The notes under the pieces: model-generated
What the model was told of the DNA's origin: nothing
Seen by the model: the letters and a program-made list of their open reading frames with translations, nothing else
Database searches by the model: none
Program-made: the position numbers and the translations under genes
Shown: positions 40,210 through 49,381 of the stretch, one piece after another
Layout: each line of letters starts with the position of its first letter
Position numbering within the stretch: the stretch's first letter is position 1
Assembly: GCA_046045965.1 (NCBI GenBank)
Contig: JBJOKS010000032.1
Coordinates: 1-49,381, forward strand
DNA length: 49,381 nt
Direction of reading: 5' to 3'
Origin: Cyanobacteriota bacterium
GTDB taxonomy: Bacteria > Cyanobacteriota > Cyanobacteriia > Cyanobacteriales > Nostocaceae

Positions 40210-41220
40210 ATGAAATTTGGAATTGATATGGGGCATAATTTACCTCCAGATACGGGAGCTAGAGGAATTAAAGTAGAGGATCATTTAACAAAAGATGTAG
40301 GGACTAAAGTTATAGCTAAATTAAAAAGTCTAGGCCATGAAGCAATATCTTGTAACCCAACAAGTGCCAGTTCAGTAAGTCAATCTCTCGGTAGACGTTG
40401 TGATATAGCTAATAGAAACAGAGTTGATGTTTTTGTTTCTATTCATTTTAATGCCTTTAATGGTCAAGCGAATGGAACAGAAGTATTTGCTATGAGCGAT
40501 GCGGGGAGAAGAATTGCCCAACCTGTATTAAATGAAATTATTAAGTTAGGATTTTTTAATCGAGGTGTCAAGAATGGTTCTCACTTGTACGTACTGAGAA
40601 ATACAAATATGCCTGGAATTCTCGTAGAATGTTGCTTTATAGATTCAGCAAAAGATATGCAAATCTATGATGGTGAAGCAATGGCTAATGCTATTGTTAC
40701 AGGGTTAACTGGTAAAGTAGTATCAACAGCATCAAACCCAGTATCAAACCCAGTATCAAACCCAGTATCAAACCCAGTATCAAACCCGGTATCAACCCCT
40801 GTGAACACAGTCCGAGATGAGGAACAAAATACAGATACCAGTATTCTACGATTACAAAAAGCCTTGAATCAACTGCAAATAACTGATAGAAATAATAAGC
40901 GTTTGGTTGAAGATAACTTCACAGGACCAGCAACAACTTCTGCTGTGGAAAAATTTCAGAGAATTGTCGGAATTATTCCAACAGGAATGGCAACTAGCAC
41001 TACATGGAATGCCATTAATCAGATATTATCAAAGCGATTAGTCCAAGGAAATCAAACCACTGGAGCGATAATGAGATACTTACAACATCGTGTAGGTGCT
41101 ACTCCAGATGGTATTTATGGTTCTCAGACAGAAGCAGCAATTAAGAGATTTCAACAGCAAAATGGTTTAACTGCTGATGGAATTGTCGGAGCAATGACTT
41201 GGCAGAGATTAATAGGTTAG
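40210..41220 (+). CDS. N-acetylmuramoyl-L-alanine amidase (Amidase_3) with C-terminal peptidoglycan-binding domains
   Basis: IDMGH, VSIHFN and LVECCFID motifs; DGIYG..T..AIKRFQ...GL..DGIVG..TW repeats. Confidence 0.94.
   Translation: MKFGIDMGHNLPPDTGARGIKVEDHLTKDVGTKVIAKLKSLGHEAISCNPTSASSVSQSLGRRCDIANRNRVDVFVSIHFNAFNGQANGTEVFAMSDAGRRIAQPVLNEIIKLGFFNRGVKNGSHLYVLRNTNMPGILVECCFIDSAKDMQIYDGEAMANAIVTGLTGKVVSTASNPVSNPVSNPVSNPVSNPVSTPVNTVRDEEQNTDTSILRLQKALNQLQITDRNNKRLVEDNFTGPATTSAVEKFQRIVGIIPTGMATSTTWNAINQILSKRLVQGNQTTGAIMRYLQHRVGATPDGIYGSQTEAAIKRFQQQNGLTADGIVGAMTWQRLIG
40732..40800 (+). repeat. 12-bp coding tandem repeat TCAAACCCAGTA (SNPV x5)
   Basis: Read directly; interdomain linker of the amidase. 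Confidence 0.9.
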
Positions 41221-41264
41221 TTGTCAGCATTCAGCCATCAGTAATAAGTTTCTAGCATTTTCAC

Positions 41265-41294
41265 GATCCCCTATTTCTTTGAGAAGTTGGGGAT
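41265..41294. repeat. Degenerate small dispersed palindromic repeat between convergent genes
   Basis: GATCCCCTATTTCT...AGAAGTTGGGGAT. Confidence 0.6.
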
Positions 41295-41301
41295 TTTAAT
41301 A

Positions 41302-42282
41302 TTACAATGGCTGCAATACTGTTAAATGTAAATTATGACTAGTTTCAGTCTTCAGGTACTTTTCTTGAATAGGTTGCCACTGCTGCCATAATTGGTAGCG
41401 ATTTGCAGCTAATAAAGTTGTTAGTCCACTGAGTTTATCGTTAATTTCTGACTTGAATATATTTACTAGCCACTCATTTAAAACCATGCTATCTTGTAAA
41501 TTACCCAAAGTTTCTTGGATATGTTTTACTTGGGAAATATGTGCTGCAAAAGCTTCACCGTATAAATCAGTAAATAATTCCATTTGATAGCGAACTCGTT
41601 TGGCTTGTTTTCGCAAATCATGAAGAATTTCACCTTGAGTTTTGAGATTTTGTTCTAACTGTTCTGGTGTCCAGTTTCTGTGAACAACGACTTCTGAATC
41701 TACAACCTCAGTCCCAATTATCCACCCTGGATGCAATAAAAATTTACTGACTTCTGGTGATAGTAAATCTGGTAGCACTTGCTGAATTGGCAAAGATGCT
41801 AATGGTTGATAAATAGGTTTTTCTAACCATTCTTGCAAATCTTTTTTAAAACATTTATAATTGTCATCCTTTAATATTTTCTGAACATGAGAAAAAGCAA
41901 TTTCACGTTGTTTAGATAAAGTAGAGAAAGCTATTTCTAAAGAAGCTTGTTCTTTCTGTAGTAAATGTGGTTTATAATTATTTTCTAGGATTTCTTTGAG
42001 GACATCTAAATCTCGAAGATTTCCGAGTATTTTAGCAATTTTACCAATATTTTTATTGCTGGCTGACTTGGGTAAATTTAAAGATAGCTCAAACCGACTA
42101 ACCGCTGTACGTAAACGACGCATTCCCACCCGCATTTGGTGTAGTGCTTCTGGATCTTCGTCTTTCTTGACTGATTTTTCCCACTTTATGGTTTTGTGGA
42201 AGTGTTTTTCAATTGCTTGGTATGCACAGTCTCCTAGACTTAGGAATGTGGCTTTTGTGTCTAAGTTCATAATGGATATCAA
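41302..42282 (-). CDS. CHAD-domain protein
   Basis: EALHQMRVGMRRLR, LGNLRDLDV and LHDLRKQAKRVRY motifs. Confidence 0.93.
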   Translation of the reverse strand: MISIMNLDTKATFLSLGDCAYQAIEKHFHKTIKWEKSVKKDEDPEALHQMRVGMRRLRTAVSRFELSLNLPKSASNKNIGKIAKILGNLRDLDVLKEILENNYKPHLLQKEQASLEIAFSTLSKQREIAFSHVQKILKDDNYKCFKKDLQEWLEKPIYQPLASLPIQQVLPDLLSPEVSKFLLHPGWIIGTEVVDSEVVVHRNWTPEQLEQNLKTQGEILHDLRKQAKRVRYQMELFTDLYGEAFAAHISQVKHIQETLGNLQDSMVLNEWLVNIFKSEINDKLSGLTTLLAANRYQLWQQWQPIQEKYLKTETSHNLHLTVLQPL

Positions 42283-42370
42283 TTAACTATCTAATCAGGT
42301 TTTTGCATCATAGCACTAGGGAAAAATTGACCTCTATTATTTTATATTTATTGTAGGTTAGTGGAGTAAG

Positions 42371-42775
42371 TCACAGATTGGTAGAAATAGCTTGTACTGG
42401 ACAAGAGGGAATACATTGTTCACAGACTATGCAACGCGATCGCGTGAAGGTGAGTTGATATGTCTCTGGGTTGAGAGAAAGTGCTTCCGTCGGACAAACC
42501 CCAGTACACAAACCACAGTCAACGCATATATCGTCATCAATGACAATTTCTCCCAAGTTATGGGAAACACTGATATGTTGCGATCGCATCCACTCAATAG
42601 CTGCATCCAGCTGATCAATATCCCCCAATAATTCCACCACTAATTTACCAATTTGGTTGGGAGCAACCTGAGCGCGGATAATATTGGCAGCAACGTTAAA
42701 ATCTTTTGCCAGTCGGTAAGTGACAGGCATTTGAATGGCACGTTTAGGAAAAGTCAGGGTGACGCGTTTTTTCAT
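42371..42775 (-). CDS. NIL-domain 2[4Fe-4S] ferredoxin (Fed9-like)
   Basis: N-terminal NIL domain (ANIIRA) plus CxxCxxCxxxCP twice. Confidence 0.92.
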   Translation of the reverse strand: MKKRVTLTFPKRAIQMPVTYRLAKDFNVAANIIRAQVAPNQIGKLVVELLGDIDQLDAAIEWMRSQHISVSHNLGEIVIDDDICVDCGLCTGVCPTEALSLNPETYQLTFTRSRCIVCEQCIPSCPVQAISTNL

Positions 42776-42841
42776 GGGTAAAAAACTGGGTTTTGGTACA
42801 CTAAATAATAACCATGCTTAATAAGTTGTAATAAATTAAAT

Positions 42842-43432
42842 ATGACTACAGATCAAACTGTGAATACTCCCAATAAACCTAAATCTACCTTTGGGGGACG
42901 TGTGAGAAATTTCCTAATTGTCATGGTCGCGATCGCTCTGAGTGCTGCGCTATTTTTAGGACTGCGAAACCAGACAACCTCAGTTTCTCTTACCCAACTC
43001 GATGCAGCATCCACACCTTTAGAAGTTGCTGTTAGCAATAATAAGCCTAGTTTAGTAGAATTTTATGCTGATTGGTGTACAGTCTGCCAAAAAATGGCTC
43101 CCGATATGGCTCAACTCCAACAACAATATGCCGACAAGCTCAATTTTGTTATGCTCAACGTAGATAATACCAAGTGGCTACCAGAAATGCTCAAATATCG
43201 GGTAGATGGTATTCCCCATTTTGTATTTTTGGGCAAGCAAGGAGAAGATATAGCCGAAGCTATTGGTGATATACCCCGTTCCGTCATGGCCAGCAATTTA
43301 GAAGCCTTGGTGACAAATTCTCCCCTTCCCTATGCTCAAATGAGTGGCAAAACTTCCAAATTTTCAGCCCCAGTATCAGCAGATGGTAATCAAGATGATC
43401 CCCGTAGTCATGGTAGCCAAGTGGTAAATTAA
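42842..43432 (+). CDS. txlA: Membrane-anchored thioredoxin-like protein (TxlA/HCF164)
   Basis: N-terminal TM, EFYADWCTVC, NFVMLNVDNTKW and DDPRSHG motifs. Confidence 0.88.
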   Translation: MTTDQTVNTPNKPKSTFGGRVRNFLIVMVAIALSAALFLGLRNQTTSVSLTQLDAASTPLEVAVSNNKPSLVEFYADWCTVCQKMAPDMAQLQQQYADKLNFVMLNVDNTKWLPEMLKYRVDGIPHFVFLGKQGEDIAEAIGDIPRSVMASNLEALVTNSPLPYAQMSGKTSKFSAPVSADGNQDDPRSHGSQVVN

Positions 43433-43467
43433 TAGGTGACAGTTATAAGAAGTAATGGGTAATTAGT

Positions 43468-43713
43468 TTACTCATTACTTTTTTGCTCTAAAATGCCACT
43501 TTTAATCATCAGTTGTGGCCAAATTAATAAAAAGAACCCCATCCAAATTAAAACAGGGATAGCAACGATAATTGTCAGCCAGGAAATTTTCAAGAAATCA
43601 AATATCAACCAGCTACCGCTAATCAATATTAAACCTGTGAGCATAATTGACCAAGGTTGACACCACCAAGGTTTATAATCCCAAGGATTTATAATTTGTT
43701 TTTCATTCATCAT
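43468..43713 (-). CDS. Small membrane protein (DUF6737-like); start revised
   Basis: NPWDYKPWWCQPWSI motif plus two TM helices; the longer 5' extension overlaps the divergent gene. Confidence 0.75.
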   Translation of the reverse strand: MMNEKQIINPWDYKPWWCQPWSIMLTGLILISGSWLIFDFLKISWLTIIVAIPVLIWMGFFLLIWPQLMIKSGILEQKSNE

Positions 43714-43818
43714 ACTAAATCCATAGTAAGAAATTGGATTGTATTTAAAATAATTAACGTCATCAATATTTAGTATAATACTAACAAGTAAATTTAGCAA
43801 ACAAATCAAAGATACAAT

Positions 43819-44913
43819 ATGATTGGCGTTGCAATTGTTGGTACTGGATTCGGTCAAAAAGTGCATCTTCCTGCATTTCAAGCACATCACAAAACTCAAA
43901 TAACCGCCGTTTATCATCGAGATATTAATAAAGCTCAAGCTATTGCTCAAGCTCATAATATTCCTCATGCTAGTGATAACTTAGCCGAAATTCTCGCTTT
44001 ACCAGAAGTACAAGCAGTCAGCATTTCCACACCGCCATTTTTACATTATGAAATGGGTAAACAAGTATTAGAAGCTGGTAAACATCTATTATTAGAAAAA
44101 CCTACCACTTTAAATGCAACTGAAGCTAAAGAACTATATCAATTAGCAAAAGCTAAAGGTGTAATTGCATCTGTAGATTTTGAATTTCGCTTTGTTCCCG
44201 CATGGCAATATTTTCATCAGTTGTTAAATACAAATCATGTCGGGAATATTCGGTTAATTAAAATTGATTGGTTAGGTTCTTCTCGTGCTGATACATCCCG
44301 TCCTTATAATTGGTATTCTCGCAAAGATCAAGGTGGTGGTGTATTGAGTTCTTTAGGTTCCCATGCTTTTGATTATGTTAACTGGTTATTTGGATCAATT
44401 AGCAAATTAAATGCTTATTTTAATACAGCTATTTCCCAAAGAATTGATCCTGCAACTGGGGAATTAAAAGCAGTAAATACAGATGATAATTGTTTGATCT
44501 CTTTGGAATTAGCAAATGGTACACCTTGCCAAATTTCTATTAGTGCAGTTGTTCATGCACCTAGACCCCATTGGATAGAAGTTTATGGAGATAAAGGAAC
44601 ATTAGTTTTAGGAAGTGAAGAACAAAAAGATTATATTCACGGGTTTAAGGTTTGGAGTTCTCAAATTGGTGGAAGTTTAACAGAAATGGAAATTCCTCAA
44701 CAATTTTTATTTCCTCAACATTATGCTGATGGTCGAATTTGTGCATTTCTTAGAGTTGTAGATCAATGGGTACAAGGAATTGAAACTCAACAGGAAATTA
44801 CCCCATCTTTAAAAGAAGGTGTTTATTCACAGTTGTTAATGGATTTATCTCATCAATCAAATGATTCAAAAATGTGGGTAGATGTGCCGAGTTTAGAATC
44901 ATTTTTAGCTTAA
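43819..44913 (+). CDS. Gfo/Idh/MocA family oxidoreductase
   Basis: VAIVGTGFG, STPPFLH, AGKHLLLEKP and GGG.L...GSH motifs. Confidence 0.95.
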   Translation: MIGVAIVGTGFGQKVHLPAFQAHHKTQITAVYHRDINKAQAIAQAHNIPHASDNLAEILALPEVQAVSISTPPFLHYEMGKQVLEAGKHLLLEKPTTLNATEAKELYQLAKAKGVIASVDFEFRFVPAWQYFHQLLNTNHVGNIRLIKIDWLGSSRADTSRPYNWYSRKDQGGGVLSSLGSHAFDYVNWLFGSISKLNAYFNTAISQRIDPATGELKAVNTDDNCLISLELANGTPCQISISAVVHAPRPHWIEVYGDKGTLVLGSEEQKDYIHGFKVWSSQIGGSLTEMEIPQQFLFPQHYADGRICAFLRVVDQWVQGIETQQEITPSLKEGVYSQLLMDLSHQSNDSKMWVDVPSLESFLA

Positions 44914-44937
44914 TTAATAATTATTTAGCTCCCCGAA

Positions 44938-45735
44938 TTATTTGTGAATTTGGGGACTATCATCTATTTCTTTACTAGCTACACGGATAGCGGTTAAAAT
45001 CGCATTATTTATAGCCATATCTTTACTAGTTAAAATTACATTTTCTGATATATTACGTTGAGCAACTACACCACAAACCGCAGCAGCCGCAAAATTATAA
45101 ACACCTGCCATTTTAAAAAGTGTACCGCATTCCATTTCATAGTTTAAAATATTTAATTTTCGATATTCTTCTGTAATTCCTTCCAGCTTACGTAGTAATT
45201 TAGGATTAGCTGAATCAGTTCGTTCTTGTCCTTCATAAAAAGTATCAACTGAAGCAGTTATTCCTAAATAATGTTCAACTTTTAATGCTTGTGCTGCTTT
45301 CACCAAAGCAACAGTTAAAAACGGATCTGCTATTGCTGGATATTCCATAGGTGCAATATCATTTGCAGCACCTTGACGACACAAAGCACCACTACTAATA
45401 ACAATACTACCCACAGAAATATGAGGTTGAATTGAACCACAAGTACCTATGCGAATTATTTTTTGTATTCCTACTTGCACTAATTCATTAACTACAATAC
45501 TTAAAGAAGGCGCACCCATACCGCTAGTAGCAGATAAAATGGGTTTACCATTGGGTAAATATCCCAAATAGCTATTTAGTCCGCGATTTTCTGACAATAC
45601 ACGCACATCTTGTAAATAGGTTTGAGCGATAAAACTAGCACGTTGCGGATCACCTGATAATAAAGCTATTGTAGGAAATGATGAACCTAAATCTTCCCTT
45701 CCAAAACCTATATGATACAAGCGTTTATTAGTCAT
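44938..45735 (-). CDS. Nucleoside (uridine) phosphorylase
   Basis: SGDPQR, GMGAPS, IRIGTCG, FYEGQER and NYEME motifs. Confidence 0.92.
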   Translation of the reverse strand: MTNKRLYHIGFGREDLGSSFPTIALLSGDPQRASFIAQTYLQDVRVLSENRGLNSYLGYLPNGKPILSATSGMGAPSLSIVVNELVQVGIQKIIRIGTCGSIQPHISVGSIVISSGALCRQGAANDIAPMEYPAIADPFLTVALVKAAQALKVEHYLGITASVDTFYEGQERTDSANPKLLRKLEGITEEYRKLNILNYEMECGTLFKMAGVYNFAAAAVCGVVAQRNISENVILTSKDMAINNAILTAIRVASKEIDDSPQIHK

Positions 45736-45775
45736 ATTTTACCTAACTCAAAGATAAATTTTAGCGAATTATGAA

Positions 45776-47311
45776 TTACTGCATTCTATCAATTGTGCGA
45801 TATTGAATTGCTTCTGCAACATATTGGGGTTTTAAATTCTCATCTCCTGCTAAATCTGCAATGGTGCGTGCTACTTTGAGAATGCGATCGCTCGCTCTTG
45901 CAGATAATCCTAATTTTCTAATTGCTGCTTCTAATAAATTCCTACTTGCATCATCTAATTTACACCAAGTTTGTAAATGACGACTTTGCATTTGTGCATT
46001 GCATTTAACATTAGTTTCTGATTGAAAACGATTTGTAGCAATAGCCCGCGCTTTTTGTACCCTTTCCCGCACAGATTTTGATGGTTCTCCTGTTGTTGCA
46101 GTTTGGGTAATTTCCTCTGGTTTCAAGCGATTTACCGCAACTTGTAAATCAATTCTATCCATCAATGGACCTGATAATTTTGCCCAATATTGCTCCCGTT
46201 GTCTAGGTGAACAAGTACAGGCTTGAATTGTATCACCATAATAACCACAAGGACAGGGATTTGTAGAAGCTACTAATGTGAATTGTGCCGGAAAAACAAC
46301 AGATTGACGAGTACGCGAAATTGTCACATAACCATCTTCTAAAGGTTGTCGTAAAAACTCTAAAACATCTCTTTTAAATTCCGTTAATTCATCTAAAAAA
46401 AGTATACCCCGATGGGATAAAGAAATTTCACCAGGACGGGGAAAACTACCACCACCAACTAAAGATGGACCTGATGCAGAATGATGGGGACTACGAAAAG
46501 GTCTTTCCCGTACTAATGAACCACGATTTTTCAATAAACCAGCTACAGAATGAATGCGAGTAACTTCTAAAGATTCAGAAAATTCTAAAGGTGGTAAAAT
46601 TCCTGGTAAACGTCTTGCTAACATTGTTTTACCACTCCCTGGGGGACCAACAAAAATTAAATTATGTCCTCCAGCAGCAGCAATTTCTAAAGCTCGACGT
46701 GCATGAGCTTGTCCTTTGACATCTTGCAAATCTGCTAAATTTAAAGATGTTCCTGCTAAGGTTTCTGAGTTTTCATTTAATTTAACAGGCTTGAATTTTC
46801 CTAGATTATTTAATAAATCAACTACATCAGAAATATGATTACAACTATAAACATTTAAACCTTCTACAACCGCAGCTTCTTGAGCATTATCAACAGGAAC
46901 GACTAAACCAGAAATTCCCATTTTTTCAGCAGTTGCAGCAATTGGTAAAACACCAGCAACAGGTCTTAAACTACCATCTAAAGAAACTTCACCTAAAAAT
47001 AAAAAATCGCCCAATAAATCAGGGTTTACTTGTTCAGAAGCAGCTAAAATTCCCACACTAATTGGTAAATCAAAAGCGGGTCCTTCTTTCCTTAAATCTG
47101 CGGGAGTGAGGTTAATTACAATCTTTCTCATCGGAAAAGCAAAACCCGCATTTTTCAAAGTTGCTTTTACCCGTTCTTTAGATTCTTGAATCGCGGAATC
47201 TGGTAAACCTAAAATCACAATTCCCGGTAAACCACCGGAAACATCCACTTCCACACCCACTTTTACAGCGTCAATACCAACAATAGATGCACTCCAAACT
47301 CTAGCCAGCAT
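45776..47311 (-). CDS. comM: YifB/ComM family AAA+ ATPase
   Basis: GLPD.A..ES.ERV, GPPGSGKT, PFRSPHH and NPCPCG motifs; start revised to ATG 47311. Confidence 0.92.
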   Translation of the reverse strand: MLARVWSASIVGIDAVKVGVEVDVSGGLPGIVILGLPDSAIQESKERVKATLKNAGFAFPMRKIVINLTPADLRKEGPAFDLPISVGILAASEQVNPDLLGDFLFLGEVSLDGSLRPVAGVLPIAATAEKMGISGLVVPVDNAQEAAVVEGLNVYSCNHISDVVDLLNNLGKFKPVKLNENSETLAGTSLNLADLQDVKGQAHARRALEIAAAGGHNLIFVGPPGSGKTMLARRLPGILPPLEFSESLEVTRIHSVAGLLKNRGSLVRERPFRSPHHSASGPSLVGGGSFPRPGEISLSHRGILFLDELTEFKRDVLEFLRQPLEDGYVTISRTRQSVVFPAQFTLVASTNPCPCGYYGDTIQACTCSPRQREQYWAKLSGPLMDRIDLQVAVNRLKPEEITQTATTGEPSKSVRERVQKARAIATNRFQSETNVKCNAQMQSRHLQTWCKLDDASRNLLEAAIRKLGLSARASDRILKVARTIADLAGDENLKPQYVAEAIQYRTIDRMQ

Positions 47312-47458
47312 TTTTGTATATGAATAAACCTTGAGAATATCAAAGCAGATTCGTAGGGGAATTAACAATGGGTGAAATCACTGAATACAACTGTTAATAA
47401 TTATAAAATCAAGAAAACTTCAAGCTAAAATAATAGCAGCTAAAGATTTAGGTGACTT

Positions 47459-48064
47459 ATGGTTCAAGCATTAACAAAACCATTAACCTTTGAAGAATTC
47501 ATCACCCAATATGGTAATAACCCCCGCTATGAACTTGCAGATGGAGAACTAATTGACATGGAACCAACTGGACCACATGAAGCCGTCGGTGGTAAAATAG
47601 CTACTCAAATAGGTATTGCTATAACTGCGGAAAAACTTCCCTGGTTTATTCCTCGCACTTGTTTGATTCGTCCTTTCCCGGAAACTGCTACAGCCCGACG
47701 ACCTGATATTGTAGTATTAGATGAAACAATGCTGCACCATGAACCTTTTTGGGAACATGAACCAGTGATTGCTTTAGGACAATCAATTAAATTAGTGGTT
47801 GAAGTTGTTAGCACTAATTGGGAAACTGATTATGCGCGTAAAGTTGAAGAATATGCTTTATTAGGAATTCCTGAATATTGGATTGTTGATTATCGGGGGT
47901 TGGGTGGAGTGGTTTTTATTGGTAAACCAAAACAACCTACATTTACAGTTTGTCAATTAATTGGTGAAGATTATAGTCAGCAAAAATATCGTTTAGGTGA
48001 ATTTATTAAATCTCTTCTTTTACCTTCGCTGCAACTACGTTTGGATGATGTTATGCCAAGGTAA
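47459..48064 (+). CDS. Uma2-family endonuclease
   Basis: YELADGEL, RRPD, LVVEVVS..W..DY..K..EY and GIPEYWIVD motifs. Confidence 0.93.
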   Translation: MVQALTKPLTFEEFITQYGNNPRYELADGELIDMEPTGPHEAVGGKIATQIGIAITAEKLPWFIPRTCLIRPFPETATARRPDIVVLDETMLHHEPFWEHEPVIALGQSIKLVVEVVSTNWETDYARKVEEYALLGIPEYWIVDYRGLGGVVFIGKPKQPTFTVCQLIGEDYSQQKYRLGEFIKSLLLPSLQLRLDDVMPR

Positions 48065-48122
48065 ATATTAAAAGTATAATAAAATCATCCATAAAAGCAA
48101 AGCTAAGGTAAATAAATCATAG

Positions 48123-48239
48123 TTCAATGATGGTGAGTATCAAGTAACGCAGTTTAGAAATGATGAAAAGATCATATCACCCACTTTTCCAGATTTGAAT
48201 TTGACTGCTCAACAAATTTTTCAATCTGGTAATATTTAA
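48123..48239 (+). pseudogene. Uma2 C-terminal remnant
   Basis: Translates FNDGEYQVTQFRNDEKIISPTFPDLNLTAQQIF with no start or N-terminal part. Confidence 0.75.
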
Positions 48240-48307
48240 GCAATATTTATCTTTATCGTTCTTTACGCATTACTTGATTCTCAATTCAATCTTTGAGTAA
48301 TCAATGA

Positions 48308-48577
48308 TTACAAATTTTCCACCACAAGTCTTAATTCTTCTAAACTTTCAACCGTGAGAATTGAGCGTTGAATTGTTTTTAATGTTTCCAAATCCGAGAT
48401 TTCAGAAATTTTCGGCATGAACTTTAATCCTTCATCACCAAATTTCACTTCTAAAGATAACTCAATACTTGAGATTCTTTCTTCTCTTTTTCCTTTTCTT
48501 TCTCCTTTTTCTTCACCTTGTTTTTCCCCTTGTTTCAATATTTCCTGATACCAAGGTGATTCACGTAAAACAGCCAT
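48308..48577 (-). CDS. Putative internally translated small Rpn (RpnS) product, 89 aa
   Basis: In-frame ATG at 48577 preceded 4 nt upstream by GAGGTG (48582-48587). Confidence 0.55.
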   Translation of the reverse strand: MAVLRESPWYQEILKQGEKQGEEKGERKGKREERISSIELSLEVKFGDEGLKFMPKISEISDLETLKTIQRSILTVESLEELRLVVENL

Positions 48578-49186
48578 ATCCCACCTCATAATTTCTTGAA
48601 CTAAGGCGCTATCTAATACAAAGGTAGCAAAAAAAGCCAGAACCGTTTCTAATTGATTTAACTGTTCATCCGCTTTTAATAAACGCAATGCTTCCCGAAT
48701 TATAGTTTCATCTTCACCACCTTTGAGAATTGGTACAAAAGGCAGTAAAGAAGGTAAAGGTTGTTCTAAGGCAATTTTAACATCTACTTCCCAAAGATTA
48801 ATTACTCGGTAATCTTGACGCACTTCCAAACCAGCAATATTTGACTCATATCTAGTTGGTATTTCCTCATTACCTGTTTTGAGAATGTTAATGAGTACGG
48901 GATAGGTTGGTAATTGATATTTTTCCTCAGCTAGTCCTGCATAAGCTCGCATTCTTCGCGGCATTTCTGCTTTATACCGCAATTGCAGTTCATTGAGAAC
49001 CAAAAATTTTCCGTACTCTTGACTTTCAACGCGGATAAGTACGTCACTTTCTCTACTAATCCACTGAAATTCAGAATTGAGTATTTCCTTAGCAACTACA
49101 TCCGGGATTTGTGTTACCCATTTTACCCAGTTGTTAGGTGCAAGACTAATTAAGCGTTTGGTACTGACATCCGCAGGTTTGGCCAT
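48308..49186 (-). CDS. Rpn-family (YhgA-like PD-(D/E)XK) protein
   Basis: RESDVL..LNELQ..MPRRM..Y, RVINLWE and RESPWYQEI followed by xxG 4-aa repeats. Confidence 0.88.
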   Translation of the reverse strand: MAKPADVSTKRLISLAPNNWVKWVTQIPDVVAKEILNSEFQWISRESDVLIRVESQEYGKFLVLNELQLRYKAEMPRRMRAYAGLAEEKYQLPTYPVLINILKTGNEEIPTRYESNIAGLEVRQDYRVINLWEVDVKIALEQPLPSLLPFVPILKGGEDETIIREALRLLKADEQLNQLETVLAFFATFVLDSALVQEIMRWDMAVLRESPWYQEILKQGEKQGEEKGERKGKREERISSIELSLEVKFGDEGLKFMPKISEISDLETLKTIQRSILTVESLEELRLVVENL

Positions 49187-49308
49187 AAAACTATAGATGC
49201 GCTGATTACAGCTTAACTTTTTCTCCTCAAAAATGCGATCGCACTAAATCAAGAGATAATACCAAGCGATCGCCTAAAATCTCTAACATATATATTAGGT
49301 AAAACCGC

Positions 49309-49381
49309 ATGAGTGAAACCAAAGATACCATTTTCGGTAAAATCATCCGTCGGGAAATACCCGCAAACATCGTTTATGAGG
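49309..49381 (+). CDS. HIT (histidine triad) nucleotide-binding protein, 5' partial
   Basis: MSETKDTIFGKIIRREIPANIVYE matches the HINT N-terminus; runs off the window. Confidence 0.85.
   Translation, partial: MSETKDTIFGKIIRREIPANIVYE

Noticed and set aside
43714..43968. N-terminal extension of the 166-aa minus-strand ORF
   Set aside because: It overlaps the divergent oxidoreductase and its promoter; the conserved-looking sequence starts at MMNEKQ.
36197..47311. Apparent Mg-chelatase cluster (bchH plus 'Mg chelatase-related' ATPase)
   Set aside because: The ATPase is YifB/ComM with a Lon-like N-terminus, not ChlI/ChlD, and lies about 6 kb away with unrelated genes between.

Overview
An AT-rich chromosomal segment from a cyanobacterium, very likely a heterocyst-forming Nostocales strain. 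The basis is about 30 or more HIP1 octamers (GCGATCGC, counted by eye) and many 7-8 bp STRR tandem repeats. The backbone is housekeeping or conserved: ppc, atpD-atpC, PSRP-3, murG, ruvB, hisF, rsmG, a BchH/ChlH paralog, an amidase, a NIL-ferredoxin, txlA, a nucleoside phosphorylase, a YifB/ComM ATPase and the start of a HIT gene. Accessory material includes an MBOAT + SGNH-like acyl-transfer pair, a HIP1-free CYP110 / truncated dioxygenase / sulfotransferase-like / glycosyltransferase block, and a Uma2 gene broken by a truncated IS1341-type tnpB element. It also includes an orphan TnpB omegaRNA/right end upstream of atpD, several MITEs (one in a three-layer nest), a translationally coupled pair of RelE/ParE-like genes with no recognisable antitoxin, and an Rpn gene with an apparent internal antitoxin start. 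I saw no tRNA, rRNA or CRISPR array. Family calls come from motif recognition only; no database searches were run.
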